NCBI GenBank assembly: GCA_026989655.1
Contig: JALSIX010000077.1
Coordinates: forward strand, 490-64,489
Source of the DNA: Caldilineaceae bacterium
GTDB lineage: Bacteria; Chloroflexota; Anaerolineae; Caldilineales; Caldilineaceae
Direction: 5' to 3'
DNA: 64,000 nt
The notes under the pieces are model-generated. The model saw only the letters and a list, made by a program, of their open reading frames with translations. It had not been told where the DNA came from and searched no databases. Of the stretch, positions 9,210 through 19,163 are shown piece after piece. Position 1 is the stretch's first letter. Each line of letters starts with the position of its first letter. Position numbers and translations under genes: made by a program.

Positions 9210-11147
9210 CTATCCCACGGTGAGCTCGAAGTGGACCGTGTAGCTGCCCAGGGCCTCCCGACACCCCTGCTCCACCGCGGCCGGGTCCGCGTTCGGCCCG
9301 GGCGTCACCTGGACTCGAGCCACCATCCCCAGCCGCTTGTCCGGCTCCACCTGGAGCCGATGGTTGGCCACCCCGGGAACCCGGGTCAGCTCTTCGGCGA
9401 AGACCTCCTCCACCTGGCGGCGGATCAGCTCGGGCTTGTAGACCTTGCCCACCGCGGTCAGCGGGAGGGCATCCACGATGTAGACCCGCTTGGGGACCGC
9501 GGCCCGCTCGCCGATCTGTTCCTGGGCAAAGGCCAGCAGCTCCTCCACGGTGGCCGAGGCTCCGGGCTGGAGCTCCACGTAGACCACAGGCACCTCCCCT
9601 ACCCGGGGATCCGGCCGCCCCACAGCCGCGGCCAGGGCCACCGCGGGGTGGCGGTGCATGGGTTCCTCGATCTGCTTGGGGTCGATGTTGTGTCCCCCCC
9701 GGATGATGAGCTCCTTCTGTCGACCGGTGAGCCAGAAATAGCCGTCCTCGTCCTGGTAGCCCAGGTCCCCGGTGTTCAGCCAGGCCCCACCCTCGTCCCC
9801 CGCGTCCAGGAAGACCCCTTGGTTGTAGAACTCGTCCCGGTAGCCGGGAAAGACGTTCTCCCCCCGGAGGACCACCGTGCCCGTCTCGCCGGGCCCACAG
9901 AAACGGACGATCCGCTCCCCCTCCACCTGGGCAATGGCCATCTCCTGGTAGGGCAGGCGGAGGCCGATGGAGCCCACCCGGATCTCCCCCTCGATGGGGT
10001 TCACCGAGGAGACCGAAGTGCCCTCGGTGAGGCCGTAGCCCTCCACGATGCGGACCCCGGTCTTCTCCTGGAACTGGCGGGCGATCTCCACGGGGAGGGG
10101 CGCGGCGCCACAGGTAGCTCCCCGCAGGCGGCTCAGGTCGGTCCCCGGGGGCACAGGCACATGGAGCAGGGCCTTGAACAGGGTGGGCACCCCGCTGAAC
10201 AGGGTGCAGCCGTAGTGGGCCAGGATGGCCCACAGGTTCTCCACCACCCCCTCGCCTCGAAAGCCCTGGGGCGTGGCCATCACCAGGCTGCCGCCGAACT
10301 GCCAGGAGCCCAGGCCCACCGCGATGGCCCCATAGTTGTGGAAGAGGGGCAGCCCCAGGAAGTTGCGGTCCTCCGGGCCCGCGCCGATGGCGGTGGAGGT
10401 GGCCCAACTGTCGAAGACCTCGTTCCGGTGGGTGTGCATGGCCAGCTTGGGCGTGCCCGTGGTGCCGCCGGTGTGGAAGTAGGAGGCGATCTCCTCGGGC
10501 CGGATCTCCCGCCCGCTGACCAGGCGGTCCGCGGGGTACCGGGCCCGGGTCCGGTTGAAGTCCAACACCCGGGCCCGCAGCCGTTCCCGCCCCTGGCCCC
10601 GGCGCATGAAGTGCACCACCAGCTTCTTCAGCCCGCCCAGGTAGTCCGCGAGATCCACCTGGAGGATGGTGTGGAGAGAGGGCACCGAGTCCACGATGGA
10701 GGCCACCTTCTCCCACACATCCGTCCGGGGGAAGGGCGCCAGGGTGACCAGCACCCGGGTCTCGCTGGCCCGGAGGATCTCCCCGATGGTCTCCGGCTCC
10801 AGCAGAGGGTTCACCGGCCCGACGATCCCCGCGGCCTCTCCGCCCAGAAAGGTGAAGTAGGTCTCCGGCAGGTTGGGCAACACGTAGCTCACCACGTCCG
10901 TGGGGCCGATGCCCAGGTCGTGGAACATGTTGGCCGTCTGGTGGATCCGGGCCAACATCTCCCGATAGGTGAAGGTGACCGGATTCCGATAGGCCGAGGC
11001 CTGGAGGAAGAAGAGAAGGGCCAGGCTCTCGGGACGCTGGGCCGCCTGCCGGGCGATCACCTCATAGGTGGAGCGGGGCAGGTCCCGCTGGGCCAGCGGG
11101 ACGGATTCGATGGCCTGGATGTCGGCCAGGGAAGCCACTCCGGGCAT
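9210..11147 (-). CDS. Acyl-CoA synthetase / AMP-dependent synthetase-ligase
   Basis: ORF 9210..11375 trimmed to ATG 11147, which is preceded by GAGGAGG. AMP-binding motif YFHTGGTTGTPKLAMHTH, then GYGLTEGT, LNTGDLGYQDEDGYFWLTGRQKELIIRGGHNI, and a C-terminal PLTAVGKVYK. Confidence 0.9.
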   Translation of the reverse strand: MPGVASLADIQAIESVPLAQRDLPRSTYEVIARQAAQRPESLALLFFLQASAYRNPVTFTYREMLARIHQTANMFHDLGIGPTDVVSYVLPNLPETYFTFLGGEAAGIVGPVNPLLEPETIGEILRASETRVLVTLAPFPRTDVWEKVASIVDSVPSLHTILQVDLADYLGGLKKLVVHFMRRGQGRERLRARVLDFNRTRARYPADRLVSGREIRPEEIASYFHTGGTTGTPKLAMHTHRNEVFDSWATSTAIGAGPEDRNFLGLPLFHNYGAIAVGLGSWQFGGSLVMATPQGFRGEGVVENLWAILAHYGCTLFSGVPTLFKALLHVPVPPGTDLSRLRGATCGAAPLPVEIARQFQEKTGVRIVEGYGLTEGTSVSSVNPIEGEIRVGSIGLRLPYQEMAIAQVEGERIVRFCGPGETGTVVLRGENVFPGYRDEFYNQGVFLDAGDEGGAWLNTGDLGYQDEDGYFWLTGRQKELIIRGGHNIDPKQIEEPMHRHPAVALAAAVGRPDPRVGEVPVVYVELQPGASATVEELLAFAQEQIGERAAVPKRVYIVDALPLTAVGKVYKPELIRRQVEEVFAEELTRVPGVANHRLQVEPDKRLGMVARVQVTPGPNADPAAVEQGCREALGSYTVHFELTVG

Positions 11148-11157
11148 GAGCCTCCTC

Positions 11158-11185
11158 CTCGGTGGAACACACTCGGTGGAACACA
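11158..11185. repeat. Perfect 14-nt tandem direct repeat (CTCGGTGGAACACA x2) abutting the acyl-CoA synthetase RBS; possible operator
   Basis: 11158-11171 and 11172-11185 are identical. The minus strand reads TGTGTTCCACCGAG TGTGTTCCACCGAG GAGGAGGCTC ATG. Confidence 0.7.
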
Positions 11186-11479
11186 GACGTGCAGCTCCCG
11201 ACGCATGACAGACACAGAGATGCGCCGGGGCCAGGACACCACCTGAAACCCGGGGGCAGAGGAGTTGCACCACAGGGGGATATGCGGTAGGATCGAGACA
11301 CCGGCCGACAGGTGTGCACGAGGGTACACGGGACCGGCGCTCCGGGCCCTCCCGGGATTGCCCCCTATCAAACACAGGTTCGGCCGAAAAGTCAAGAGAG
11401 GCCCTGTCGCTGTCTTCGCCGAAGGCCCAGAGCCCTGCCGGACCCGAGTCTCTCTGCTCCCAAAGCCCTGGGCGAGCCG

Positions 11480-12235
11480 ATGGACTGGAGCCGATTCGAA
11501 CTGTTGACCTTCGACTGCTACGGCACCCTGATCGACTGGGAGACGGGGATCCTGGAGGCCGTGCGCCCGCTCCTGGCTCGCCATGGCATGGCCGCGGAGG
11601 ACGAGGCGGTGTTGGCGGCCTTTGCCCGCCAGGAGACCCGGGCCGAGCTGGAGCTGAGCCCCAGGGCCAGTCGGCCCCTCCTCTACAAGGAGGTCCTGAT
11701 CCTCACCCTGGCCGGCATGGGCCAGGAGCTGGGCCTTCCCCTGGCCATGGAGGAGCTTCTGGCCCTGCGAGACTCCCTGCAGCGCTGGCCGGCCTTCCCG
11801 GACGTCCCAGAGGCCCTTCGGGCCCTGAGGCCCCACCACAGGCTGGCCATCCTCTCCAACGTGGACGACGATCTCTTCGCCTTCTCCCAGGCCCAGTTGG
11901 GCGTCTCCTTCGACTGGGTGATCACCGCAGAGCAGGTGGGCCACTACAAGCCCCATCCAGCCCATTTCCGCGCGATCCTGGAACGGAGCGGCCTGCCCGT
12001 GGAGCGGGTCCTCCACGTGGCCCAGAGCCTGCACCACGACATCCGCCCGGCCCGAGAGATGGGCTTCACCACCGTATGGGTCAACCGACGGCAGGGCCGG
12101 TCCGGTGGCGCCACACCGCCGGCCCAGGCCATCCCCCACCTGGAGGTCCCAGACCTGGCCACCCTGGTGGCCCGGATGGGGTATGGTCCCTCCCAGGGAC
12201 CCGGCCACGGAGCCCATGATGGCACACAGGGATGA
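11480..12235 (+). CDS. HAD-superfamily hydrolase (haloacid dehalogenase type II-like)
   Basis: ORF 11312..12235 trimmed to ATG 11480. Motif I is FDCYGTLID. Downstream motifs are LAILSNVDDD, GHYKPHPAHF and VAQSLHHDIRPAREMG. Confidence 0.85.
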   Translation: MDWSRFELLTFDCYGTLIDWETGILEAVRPLLARHGMAAEDEAVLAAFARQETRAELELSPRASRPLLYKEVLILTLAGMGQELGLPLAMEELLALRDSLQRWPAFPDVPEALRALRPHHRLAILSNVDDDLFAFSQAQLGVSFDWVITAEQVGHYKPHPAHFRAILERSGLPVERVLHVAQSLHHDIRPAREMGFTTVWVNRRQGRSGGATPPAQAIPHLEVPDLATLVARMGYGPSQGPGHGAHDGTQG

Positions 12236-12274
12236 GGTCCCAGCCCGCGTCCAGGGCCCATCCATTCCCGGAGA

Positions 12275-13333
12275 GTGACGACCATGAGCGAGCCCACACC
12301 GATCCACGAGGCCCTGGAGATCCTGCTGGCAGGCCAGGATCTGACCGTGGACCAGGCCGACGCGGCCATGAGCCAGATCATGCGAGGCGAGGCCACGGAT
12401 GCCCAGATCGGGGCCTTCCTGGCCGCCCTGCGCCTGAAAGGTGAGACCGTGGAGGAGATCACCGGCTGCGCCCGGGCCATGAGGCGCAGCGCGGTGCCGG
12501 TGCAGGTGGACATGGAGGACCCGAGATTGGTGGACACCTGCGGCACAGGAGGCGACCGGACCGGCACCTTCAACATCAGCACCACCGTGGCCTTCGTGGT
12601 GGCCGGCCGGGGGATCAAGGTGGCCAAGCACGGCAACCGCTCTGCCTCCAGCCAATGCGGCAGCGCGGACGTGCTGGAGGCCCTGGGCGTGAACCTGGCC
12701 CTGGAGCCAGAGCAGGTGGCCGAATGCATCCAGGAGGTGGGCATCGGCTTCCTCTTCGCCCCCCGCTACCATCCAGCCATGCGCCACGCCATCGGCCCTC
12801 GACGCGAGCTGGCCACCCGGACGATCTTCAACCTGTTGGGCCCCCTGACCAACCCGGCCCATGCCACCCACCAGGTCATCGGTGTGCCAGGGCCCCAGTG
12901 GACCGAACCCCTGGCCCATGTGCTGGCCCGGATGGGTGTCCGGGCCGCGTTCGTGGTCCACGGCCGCACCCAGGACGGCCGGGGCGTGGACGAGCTCACC
13001 ACCACAGGGCCCAACCGAGTCAGCCACCTGCGGGACGGCCAGGTCACCACCTTCGAGCTTCGGGCCGAGGAGCTGGGCCTGCCCCGGGCCTCTCTGGAAG
13101 AGCTCCGGGGCGGCGACGCGGCCACCAACGCGGCCATCCTCCGGGGCATCCTCAGCGGCGCGATCCGAGGCCCCAAACGGGACGTGGTGCTCCTCAACGC
13201 GGCCGCGGCGTTGAGCACCGAATGCGGCGACTGGGAGGCCGGTCTCCAGGAGGCCGCGGAGAGCATCGACAGCGGCGCGGCCCTGGACGTGCTGGAACGC
13301 TTCGTGGCCAAGACCCGCCGCTTCGCCCCCTGA
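12275..13333 (+). CDS. trpD: Anthranilate phosphoribosyltransferase
   Basis: ORF 12275..13333 contains DAQIGAFLAALRLKGET, CGTGGDRTGTFNISTT and KHGNRSASSQCGSADVLEALG. GGAGAG RBS upstream. Confidence 0.93.
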   Translation: MTTMSEPTPIHEALEILLAGQDLTVDQADAAMSQIMRGEATDAQIGAFLAALRLKGETVEEITGCARAMRRSAVPVQVDMEDPRLVDTCGTGGDRTGTFNISTTVAFVVAGRGIKVAKHGNRSASSQCGSADVLEALGVNLALEPEQVAECIQEVGIGFLFAPRYHPAMRHAIGPRRELATRTIFNLLGPLTNPAHATHQVIGVPGPQWTEPLAHVLARMGVRAAFVVHGRTQDGRGVDELTTTGPNRVSHLRDGQVTTFELRAEELGLPRASLEELRGGDAATNAAILRGILSGAIRGPKRDVVLLNAAAALSTECGDWEAGLQEAAESIDSGAALDVLERFVAKTRRFAP

Positions 13334-13340
13334 GCTTCCC

Positions 13341-14246
13341 ATGGCCCCCTCCTCGCGCTCCCGCCCCGGGCCCGGAAAGCCCTCCCGCCCTTCCCAGATG
13401 GAGCTGGCCCGCCGCCGGGGCAAGCTCCTGGACTACATCATGCAGTGGAAGCGCCAGGAGCTGCCCAAGCGCATGGCCCGGATGCCCCTGGAAGACGTGA
13501 AGGCCCTGGCCCATGTGACCCCACCGGCCCGAAGCCTGGCCCAGGCCCTGACCCGGGAGCCCGGCGTCAGCCTGATCGCCGAGGTGAAACGGGCCAGCCC
13601 CTCCAAGGGCCTCATCGCCCGGGACTGGAACCCTTCCCTCATCGCGGAGACCTATGCCGAAAACGGGGCGGCAGCCATCTCCTGCCTGACCGATGAGCGC
13701 TTCTTCCAGGGGAAGCTGGAGTACCTGACCGGGATCCGGGAACGGCTACGAAAACGGGGGCTGGAGGTGCCGATCCTGCGCAAGGACTTCCTCTTCCACG
13801 AGTACCAGATCTACGAGGCCCGCATGGCCGGCGCGGACGCAGTGCTCCTCATCGCGGCCATCCTGGGCGACCGGGAGCTGGGAAGGCTTCTGGAGCGGAC
13901 CCAGGAGCTGGGCATGGAGGCCCTGGTGGAGGTCCACACCCCAGAGGAGGCCCGCCGTGCCCGGGCCGCAGGGGCCCGGCTCATCGGGGTCAACAACCGG
14001 GACCTGCGCACCTTCCAGGTGGACCTGGAGACCACGGCCCGGGTACGGTCCGCGCTGCCTCCGGACGTGATCCTGGTGGGGGAAAGCGGCATCCGAGACG
14101 AGGCCGATGTGCGCCGCATGGCCGCCATGGGCTGCCATGCCATCCTGGTCGGGGAGACCTTCTGTCGCCTGCCCCAGGCCCGACGGGCCGCCGCGGTGCG
14201 GCGGTTCGTGCAGGCAGGAAAGGCCCCGGCCGACGCTCCGGGATAG
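13341..14246 (+). CDS. trpC: Indole-3-glycerol-phosphate synthase
   Basis: ORF 13341..14246 contains IAEVKRASPSKG, AISCLTDERFFQG, ILRKDFLFHEYQIYEAR, IGVNNRDLRTF and GESGI. An alternative start at ATG 13398 would fit the usual N-terminus better. Confidence 0.9.
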   Translation: MAPSSRSRPGPGKPSRPSQMELARRRGKLLDYIMQWKRQELPKRMARMPLEDVKALAHVTPPARSLAQALTREPGVSLIAEVKRASPSKGLIARDWNPSLIAETYAENGAAAISCLTDERFFQGKLEYLTGIRERLRKRGLEVPILRKDFLFHEYQIYEARMAGADAVLLIAAILGDRELGRLLERTQELGMEALVEVHTPEEARRARAAGARLIGVNNRDLRTFQVDLETTARVRSALPPDVILVGESGIRDEADVRRMAAMGCHAILVGETFCRLPQARRAAAVRRFVQAGKAPADAPG

Positions 14247-14392
14247 GCCCCGTCTCCGGGAAACCGACGGGACGGCCCGGCCAGAGGGCGGGGCCTGACG
14301 CCCCCTGACAGCCTGTACCCGGACGGGCCGTGGCTGTCCATCGAGATCCATCGTCCAATCCACCCGAGATCCACCCGAGCATCAACACCCCC

Positions 14393-15118
14393 ATGACCGG
14401 AACCCTCATCAACGTGATCGCCGTCCTGTTGGGCGGCACCCTGGGTCTCCTCCTGGGCCATCGGCTGCCCAAGCGGGTCCAGGAGACGGGGATGCACGGA
14501 CTCAGCGTCCTGGTCATCGTCATCGGCATCACCATGGCCCTGGAGACCCAGAACATCCTGCTGCCCATGTTCAGCGTGCTGCTGGGCGCGATCCTGGGCG
14601 AGCTGTTGGGGATCGAGGAGGCCTTGAACCGGCTAGGACGCCTGGTGGAGGAGCGGTGGGGCCATCGCTTGGGCCAGGGGAAGGTGGCCGGCTGGAGCGT
14701 CACCCGGGCCTTCGTCACCACCAGCCTGCTCTTCTGTGTCGGGCCCATGACCATCCTGGGCAGCATCCAGGATGGGCTCATCGGCGACTACCATCTGCTG
14801 GCCATCAAGAGCGTGCTGGACGGCTTTGCGGCCATCCCCTTCGCGGCCACCCTGGGGCCCGGGGTCCTCCTCAGCGCAGGCACTGTGGCCCTGGTCCAGG
14901 GCACCATCGCGGGGCTGGCCATGGTGCTGGGCGGTGCCTGGGACGTGAGCCGGGAGACGCCTTGGGTCCTGGAGCTCACCGCCAGCGGCGGGGTGCTGGT
15001 CACGGCCATCGGGCTGAACATGCTCCAGTTGACCCAGATCCGGGTGGCCAACCTCCTGCCGGCCATCGGCTTCGCCCCCCTGCTGGTCTGGATCGCCCAG
15101 GCCGTGGGCCTGTTGTGA
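14393..15118 (+). CDS. DUF554-family integral membrane protein
   Basis: ORF 14330..15118 trimmed to ATG 14393 (MTGTLINVIAVLLGGTLGLLLG). Contains FCVGPMTILGSIQDGL. Pattern typical of YdfK/DUF554, recognised by eye. Confidence 0.75.
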   Translation: MTGTLINVIAVLLGGTLGLLLGHRLPKRVQETGMHGLSVLVIVIGITMALETQNILLPMFSVLLGAILGELLGIEEALNRLGRLVEERWGHRLGQGKVAGWSVTRAFVTTSLLFCVGPMTILGSIQDGLIGDYHLLAIKSVLDGFAAIPFAATLGPGVLLSAGTVALVQGTIAGLAMVLGGAWDVSRETPWVLELTASGGVLVTAIGLNMLQLTQIRVANLLPAIGFAPLLVWIAQAVGLL

Positions 15119-15140
15119 CCCCGACCGTGGCGCCCGGGGC

Positions 15141-15809
15141 TCACCCGTTGGAGGGCTCCTCCTCGCCCTCCGGCACCAACAGGTAGCCGTACCCACGCAG
15201 GGTGCGGATGAAGCGGGAGGCCTGCTGGCCAGGGGGCTCGACGCGACTCCGGATGCGGCTCACCATGCGGTCGATGTTGGCGTCGTAGACATCGCCCTGG
15301 GCCTCGGACCACACATGGGCCGCGATCTCGTCCTTGCTCACCGGGCGGCCCCGGTTCTGGTACAGATACCACAGCAGGTCGAACTGCTTGGGGCTCAGGG
15401 GCGGGTCCAGTCGTCGGCCGTCCACGTAGACCTGCCGGGTGACCGGATCCACCCGGAGGCCCCGCTCCCGGGCCGCGATGAGGGAGGGGGCCGTGATGGT
15501 GGCTCCGGGATCGTGGAAGCGGAAACGGGTGGACGCGAACTGGACCACCGTGCCGTCGTCCAACCAGGCCCCAGCCCCAGGCCCCAGCCGTTTCCCATCC
15601 ACGTAGACCCCGTTCTTGCTCTCCAGGTCCCGTATCCAGTAGGCATCTTCCCGCCGCCAGATCTCCGCATGGCGACGGCTGGCGTAGGGGTCCACGAGCA
15701 CGATGTCGCAGTCCAGGGCTCGACCCACCCGGGTCACCTCCTGGGTCAGCTCGTACTCCTGGCCCTCCTGGGGGCCGGTCAGGCAGATCAACCTCGGATA
15801 CCGGCTCAC
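15141..15809 (-). CDS. FHA-domain / OmpR-type winged-helix DNA-binding regulator (no receiver domain)
   Basis: ORF 15141..15890. Likely GTG start at 15809, preceded by GGGAGGAG and a 5-nt spacer. FHA core: TRVGRALDCDIVLVDPYASRRHAEIWRREDAYWIRDLESKNGVYVDG. C-terminal trans_reg_C-like segment: LSPKQFDLLWYLYQNRGRPVSKDEI...IRTLRGYGY. Confidence 0.8.
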   Translation of the reverse strand: MSRYPRLICLTGPQEGQEYELTQEVTRVGRALDCDIVLVDPYASRRHAEIWRREDAYWIRDLESKNGVYVDGKRLGPGAGAWLDDGTVVQFASTRFRFHDPGATITAPSLIAARERGLRVDPVTRQVYVDGRRLDPPLSPKQFDLLWYLYQNRGRPVSKDEIAAHVWSEAQGDVYDANIDRMVSRIRSRVEPPGQQASRFIRTLRGYGYLLVPEGEEEPSNG

Positions 15810-16055
15810 GACAGCTCCTCCCGATCTCACGTCCTCCTGGCCTCGCGTCCCCGTCGCCCTCGCGAGGGGTTTGGTGTCCGGACCCCACATGGCCTACACT
15901 GTGGGAGCGGGGAGGGAGCCCTGGCCCCCTCCTCAGCCCGGGGGAGGCCCCTCCGGGCCTTGCCCGGCCCGGGTCCTCGGTGGAGGACAAGCTCTCTCGC
16001 GGTGCATTGTAGCAGGAAGCCGGGCCCGGTGTCACACCCGGGGCCCAGAGGGACC

Positions 16056-18029
16056 ATGCGCGAACGTCCACCCACTTCGGACCACCCCCCTATCTCCGAC
16101 TCCCCGGCCTCGGGAAAGTCCGCCCCCCGGGCCGAGGCGCTCTTCGACCTCACCGGCCGGCGGATGGGCCGCTACCTCATCGGCCCCCGCCTGGGCCAAG
16201 GAGGCGCGGCCATGGTCTACCAGGCCTACGACCGGGTGGAGGGCCGCTCCGTGGCCCTCAAGATCCTCCTCCCGGGCGCAGGCACCGTGGCTCGAGCCCG
16301 TTTTCGCCAGGAGGCCCACACCGCGGGCCGGCTCCGCCACCCCCACATCGTCCGCACCCTCCAGGTGGGCGAGGCACCTGAGGAAGGGTTGGCCTACATC
16401 GCCATGGAACTGGTGGAGGGAGAGAGCCTGGCCCATCTGCTGGAACGGCGAGGCCACCTGAGCCCCCGGGAGAGCTGCAACCTCCTGGAGCCCATCGCCC
16501 GAGCCCTGGACGAGGCCCATCGCCTGGGCGTGGTCCACCGAGATGTGAAGCCCAGCAACATCCTCCTGCGTCCAGCCAGCCCGGGCACGCCCCACAGTGT
16601 CCAACTGGACTCCCTGGACCACCCGGTGATCCCGCTCCTGACGGACTTCGGCATTGCCCGAGCCCTGGACATGCCCGAGCTCACCGGCGAGGGCCGCACC
16701 ATCGGCACCCCGGCCTACATGGCTCCGGAACAGTGTGAAGGGCGGCGGACCGTGGACAGCCGCGCGGACATCTATTCCCTGGGCGCGGTGCTCTACCGCT
16801 GCGTGGTGGGCCGCCCGCCCTTCACCGGCTCCACCACCCAGATCCTCCACGCGCACGTGTACGAACCCGTCACCATCCCCGAGGAGCTTCTGGACACCCT
16901 GCCTCCCCTGGTGCTCCAGATCCTACGCCGCAGCCTGGCCAAGAACCCCAGGGAACGCTACCCCTCGGCCGGGGAGATGGCCCGGGATCTGGCCCTGGCC
17001 GCGGGCCGGGATGCCGGCCCGGAGGAGGAGCGGGCCCCGGAGAACGCCACCCTGACCCTCACCGGCCTGTCCCAGGTCCCTCCACCCGCCACCGAGGCCG
17101 TGTTGGTGCCCGGAACCCAGACCCAGGTCACTCCCCCGCCTCCAGGGACCGCACCCTCTGGCCCAAGACGGGGCTGGCCCCAGGCCCGAAGGTGGATGGC
17201 CGGGGCCGGCGGCCTGGCCGGTCTGCTGGTGCTGCTCGCGGTGCTCTGGGCCGCAGGCGGCCGACTGCTCGGGACAGGAGCGCCCGAAGCCCAGGCCACC
17301 CCAGAGGCCGCTCTCCTGGCCGGCACTCCACCGAGTTCCACCCCGGCCTTGTCCACCCCCACCGGGCCGGTCCACCCCGGGCAGGCCCAACCCTCTGGCC
17401 TGCCCTCCCTCCCCGAGGCGACACCGTCCGCCACGCCCACCGCGATGCCGACACCGTCGCCCACCGCGACGCCCACGCCCACCCTGCTGCCGACGGACAC
17501 CCCCACACCCAGGGCCACCCCCAGCGCCACACCCACCCCCACCCCGGAGACCCCCTTGGTCGGGGCCTGCCCCTACGTGATGGACCCGGTCTTCACCGAG
17601 CTGGTGACCCAGGACACGGGGGCGGTCCGGGAACTGGGATGCCCCACCAACGTCGCCATGCCCGTGACCTTCGAGGTCCAGCCCTTCCAGAACGGGCTGG
17701 CCATCAGCCGCCAGGACCAGCCCATCATCTACGTCCAATACGCGGGCAACCAGGAGTGGGAACAGCACCTCAACCGGTGGACCCCAGAGATGCCCGAGCG
17801 GATGGAGCTGCCGGATCTGACGCCGCCCGGTCCCGGGTTGTTCCAGCCCGAGAGGGGGATCGGGCTCCTGTGGGCCGGGAACGAGCAGCTCCGTGCCACC
17901 CTGGGGTGGGCCACGGCCCCCCCGGAGGAGGCCCAGGGAATCCTCCAGAGCTTCGAGGGCGGTCTGCTCCTCTGGAACCGGAACAACGGGGAGATCTACA
18001 TGTTCCTCAAATCACGCCTGCGCCTGTAG
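16056..18029 (+). CDS. Transmembrane Ser/Thr protein kinase with Pro/Thr-rich linker and uncharacterised extracellular domain
   Basis: In-frame tail of ORF 15315..18029, starting at ATG 16056 after AGAGGGA. Kinase motifs: [42 protein letters not shown] segment: [20 protein letters not shown]-rich linker at about 17275-17560. The C-terminal domain of about 155 aa contains two Cys. Confidence 0.9.
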   Translation: MRERPPTSDHPPISDSPASGKSAPRAEALFDLTGRRMGRYLIGPRLGQGGAAMVYQAYDRVEGRSVALKILLPGAGTVARARFRQEAHTAGRLRHPHIVRTLQVGEAPEEGLAYIAMELVEGESLAHLLERRGHLSPRESCNLLEPIARALDEAHRLGVVHRDVKPSNILLRPASPGTPHSVQLDSLDHPVIPLLTDFGIARALDMPELTGEGRTIGTPAYMAPEQCEGRRTVDSRADIYSLGAVLYRCVVGRPPFTGSTTQILHAHVYEPVTIPEELLDTLPPLVLQILRRSLAKNPRERYPSAGEMARDLALAAGRDAGPEEERAPENATLTLTGLSQVPPPATEAVLVPGTQTQVTPPPPGTAPSGPRRGWPQARRWMAGAGGLAGLLVLLAVLWAAGGRLLGTGAPEAQATPEAALLAGTPPSSTPALSTPTGPVHPGQAQPSGLPSLPEATPSATPTAMPTPSPTATPTPTLLPTDTPTPRATPSATPTPTPETPLVGACPYVMDPVFTELVTQDTGAVRELGCPTNVAMPVTFEVQPFQNGLAISRQDQPIIYVQYAGNQEWEQHLNRWTPEMPERMELPDLTPPGPGLFQPERGIGLLWAGNEQLRATLGWATAPPEEAQGILQSFEGGLLLWNRNNGEIYMFLKSRLRL

Positions 18030-18064
18030 CGGTGCACCCCCGATACCCAGCAAAGGAGGCCCCG

Positions 18065-19153
18065 ATGGCACCCTCTGTCTCCCGTCTTGTGGACCTGCGT
18101 TCGGACACCGTGACCCAACCCACCCCTGCCATGCGCCAGGCCATGGCCAACGCGGAGGTGGGAGACGATGTCCTGGGAGACGATCCCACCGTGCGCCGCC
18201 TGGAAGAGGAGGTGGCCGAACGCCTGGGGAAGGAGGCCGGCCTCTTCGTGCCCAGCGGCACCATGGGCAACCTGGTCTGTGTCCTCACCCACTGCACTCG
18301 AGGCCACGAGATGATCGTGGGCGACCAGGCCCACATCTACCTCTACGAACAGGGGGGCACCGCGGCCCTGGGGGGCGTCCATCCCCGCGCGGTGCCCACC
18401 CAGCCGGACGGCACCCTGGCCCTGGAGGCGATCCAGGCCGCCATCCGCCCCCTGGACGACCACTTCCCCCTCTCCCGGCTGGTGACGGTGGAGAACACCC
18501 ACAACCGGTGCGGTGGCCGGGTCCTGGGGCCCACCTACATGGACGCGGTGGGTGAGCTGGCCCGCCGCCATGGGCTCCGCGTCCACGTGGATGGGGCCCG
18601 CCTGTGGAACGCGGCCGTGGCCCTGGACGTTCCCCCTGCCCGGCTGGTCCAGGCCGCGGACAGCGTCAGCGTGTGCCTGAGCAAGGGGCTGGCCGCGCCG
18701 GTGGGCTCCGTGGTGGTGGGCAGCCGGGAGTTCATCCGTCAGGCCCGGCGAACCCGCAAGGCGGTCGGCGGGGGCATGCGCCAGGTGGGTGTGCTGGCCG
18801 CGGCCGGCCTGGTGGCCCTCCACCAGATGGTGGAACGCCTGGCCGAGGACCACGCCAACGCCCGCCAACTGGCCGAGGGCCTGGCCGAGCTGGAGGGCAT
18901 CCACGTGGACCCGACCACCGTGGAGACCAACATCGTCATCTTCCAGGTGACCCATCCCGACTGGTCCCCCCAGGCCCTCCAGGCCCGGCTGGCCGAAGAG
19001 GGGATCCTCCTCTTCGCGATCGGCGGTTCCCGCATGCGTGCGGTGACCCACTACCAGGTGCACGGGGAGGACATCGCGCACACCCTTCGGGTCCTGACCC
19101 AGATCCTGGCACGGCGATCCCATCGCATCGCGGGCGCGCCGACCACCCGCTGA
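18065..19153 (+). CDS. ltaE: Low-specificity L-threonine aldolase
   Basis: In-frame tail of ORF 17192..19153 from ATG 18065. Contains [51 protein letters not shown] and [14 protein letters not shown], close to E. coli LtaE as I recall it. Confidence 0.92.
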   Translation: MAPSVSRLVDLRSDTVTQPTPAMRQAMANAEVGDDVLGDDPTVRRLEEEVAERLGKEAGLFVPSGTMGNLVCVLTHCTRGHEMIVGDQAHIYLYEQGGTAALGGVHPRAVPTQPDGTLALEAIQAAIRPLDDHFPLSRLVTVENTHNRCGGRVLGPTYMDAVGELARRHGLRVHVDGARLWNAAVALDVPPARLVQAADSVSVCLSKGLAAPVGSVVVGSREFIRQARRTRKAVGGGMRQVGVLAAAGLVALHQMVERLAEDHANARQLAEGLAELEGIHVDPTTVETNIVIFQVTHPDWSPQALQARLAEEGILLFAIGGSRMRAVTHYQVHGEDIAHTLRVLTQILARRSHRIAGAPTTR

Positions 19154-19163
19154 GGAGCCCTCC

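Noticed and set aside
17275-17560. Pro/Thr/Ser/Ala-rich repetitive DNA, considered as a repeat element
   Set aside because: It is in frame within the kinase, between the TM helix and the ectodomain, so it is a low-complexity extracellular linker rather than an independent repeat or mobile element.
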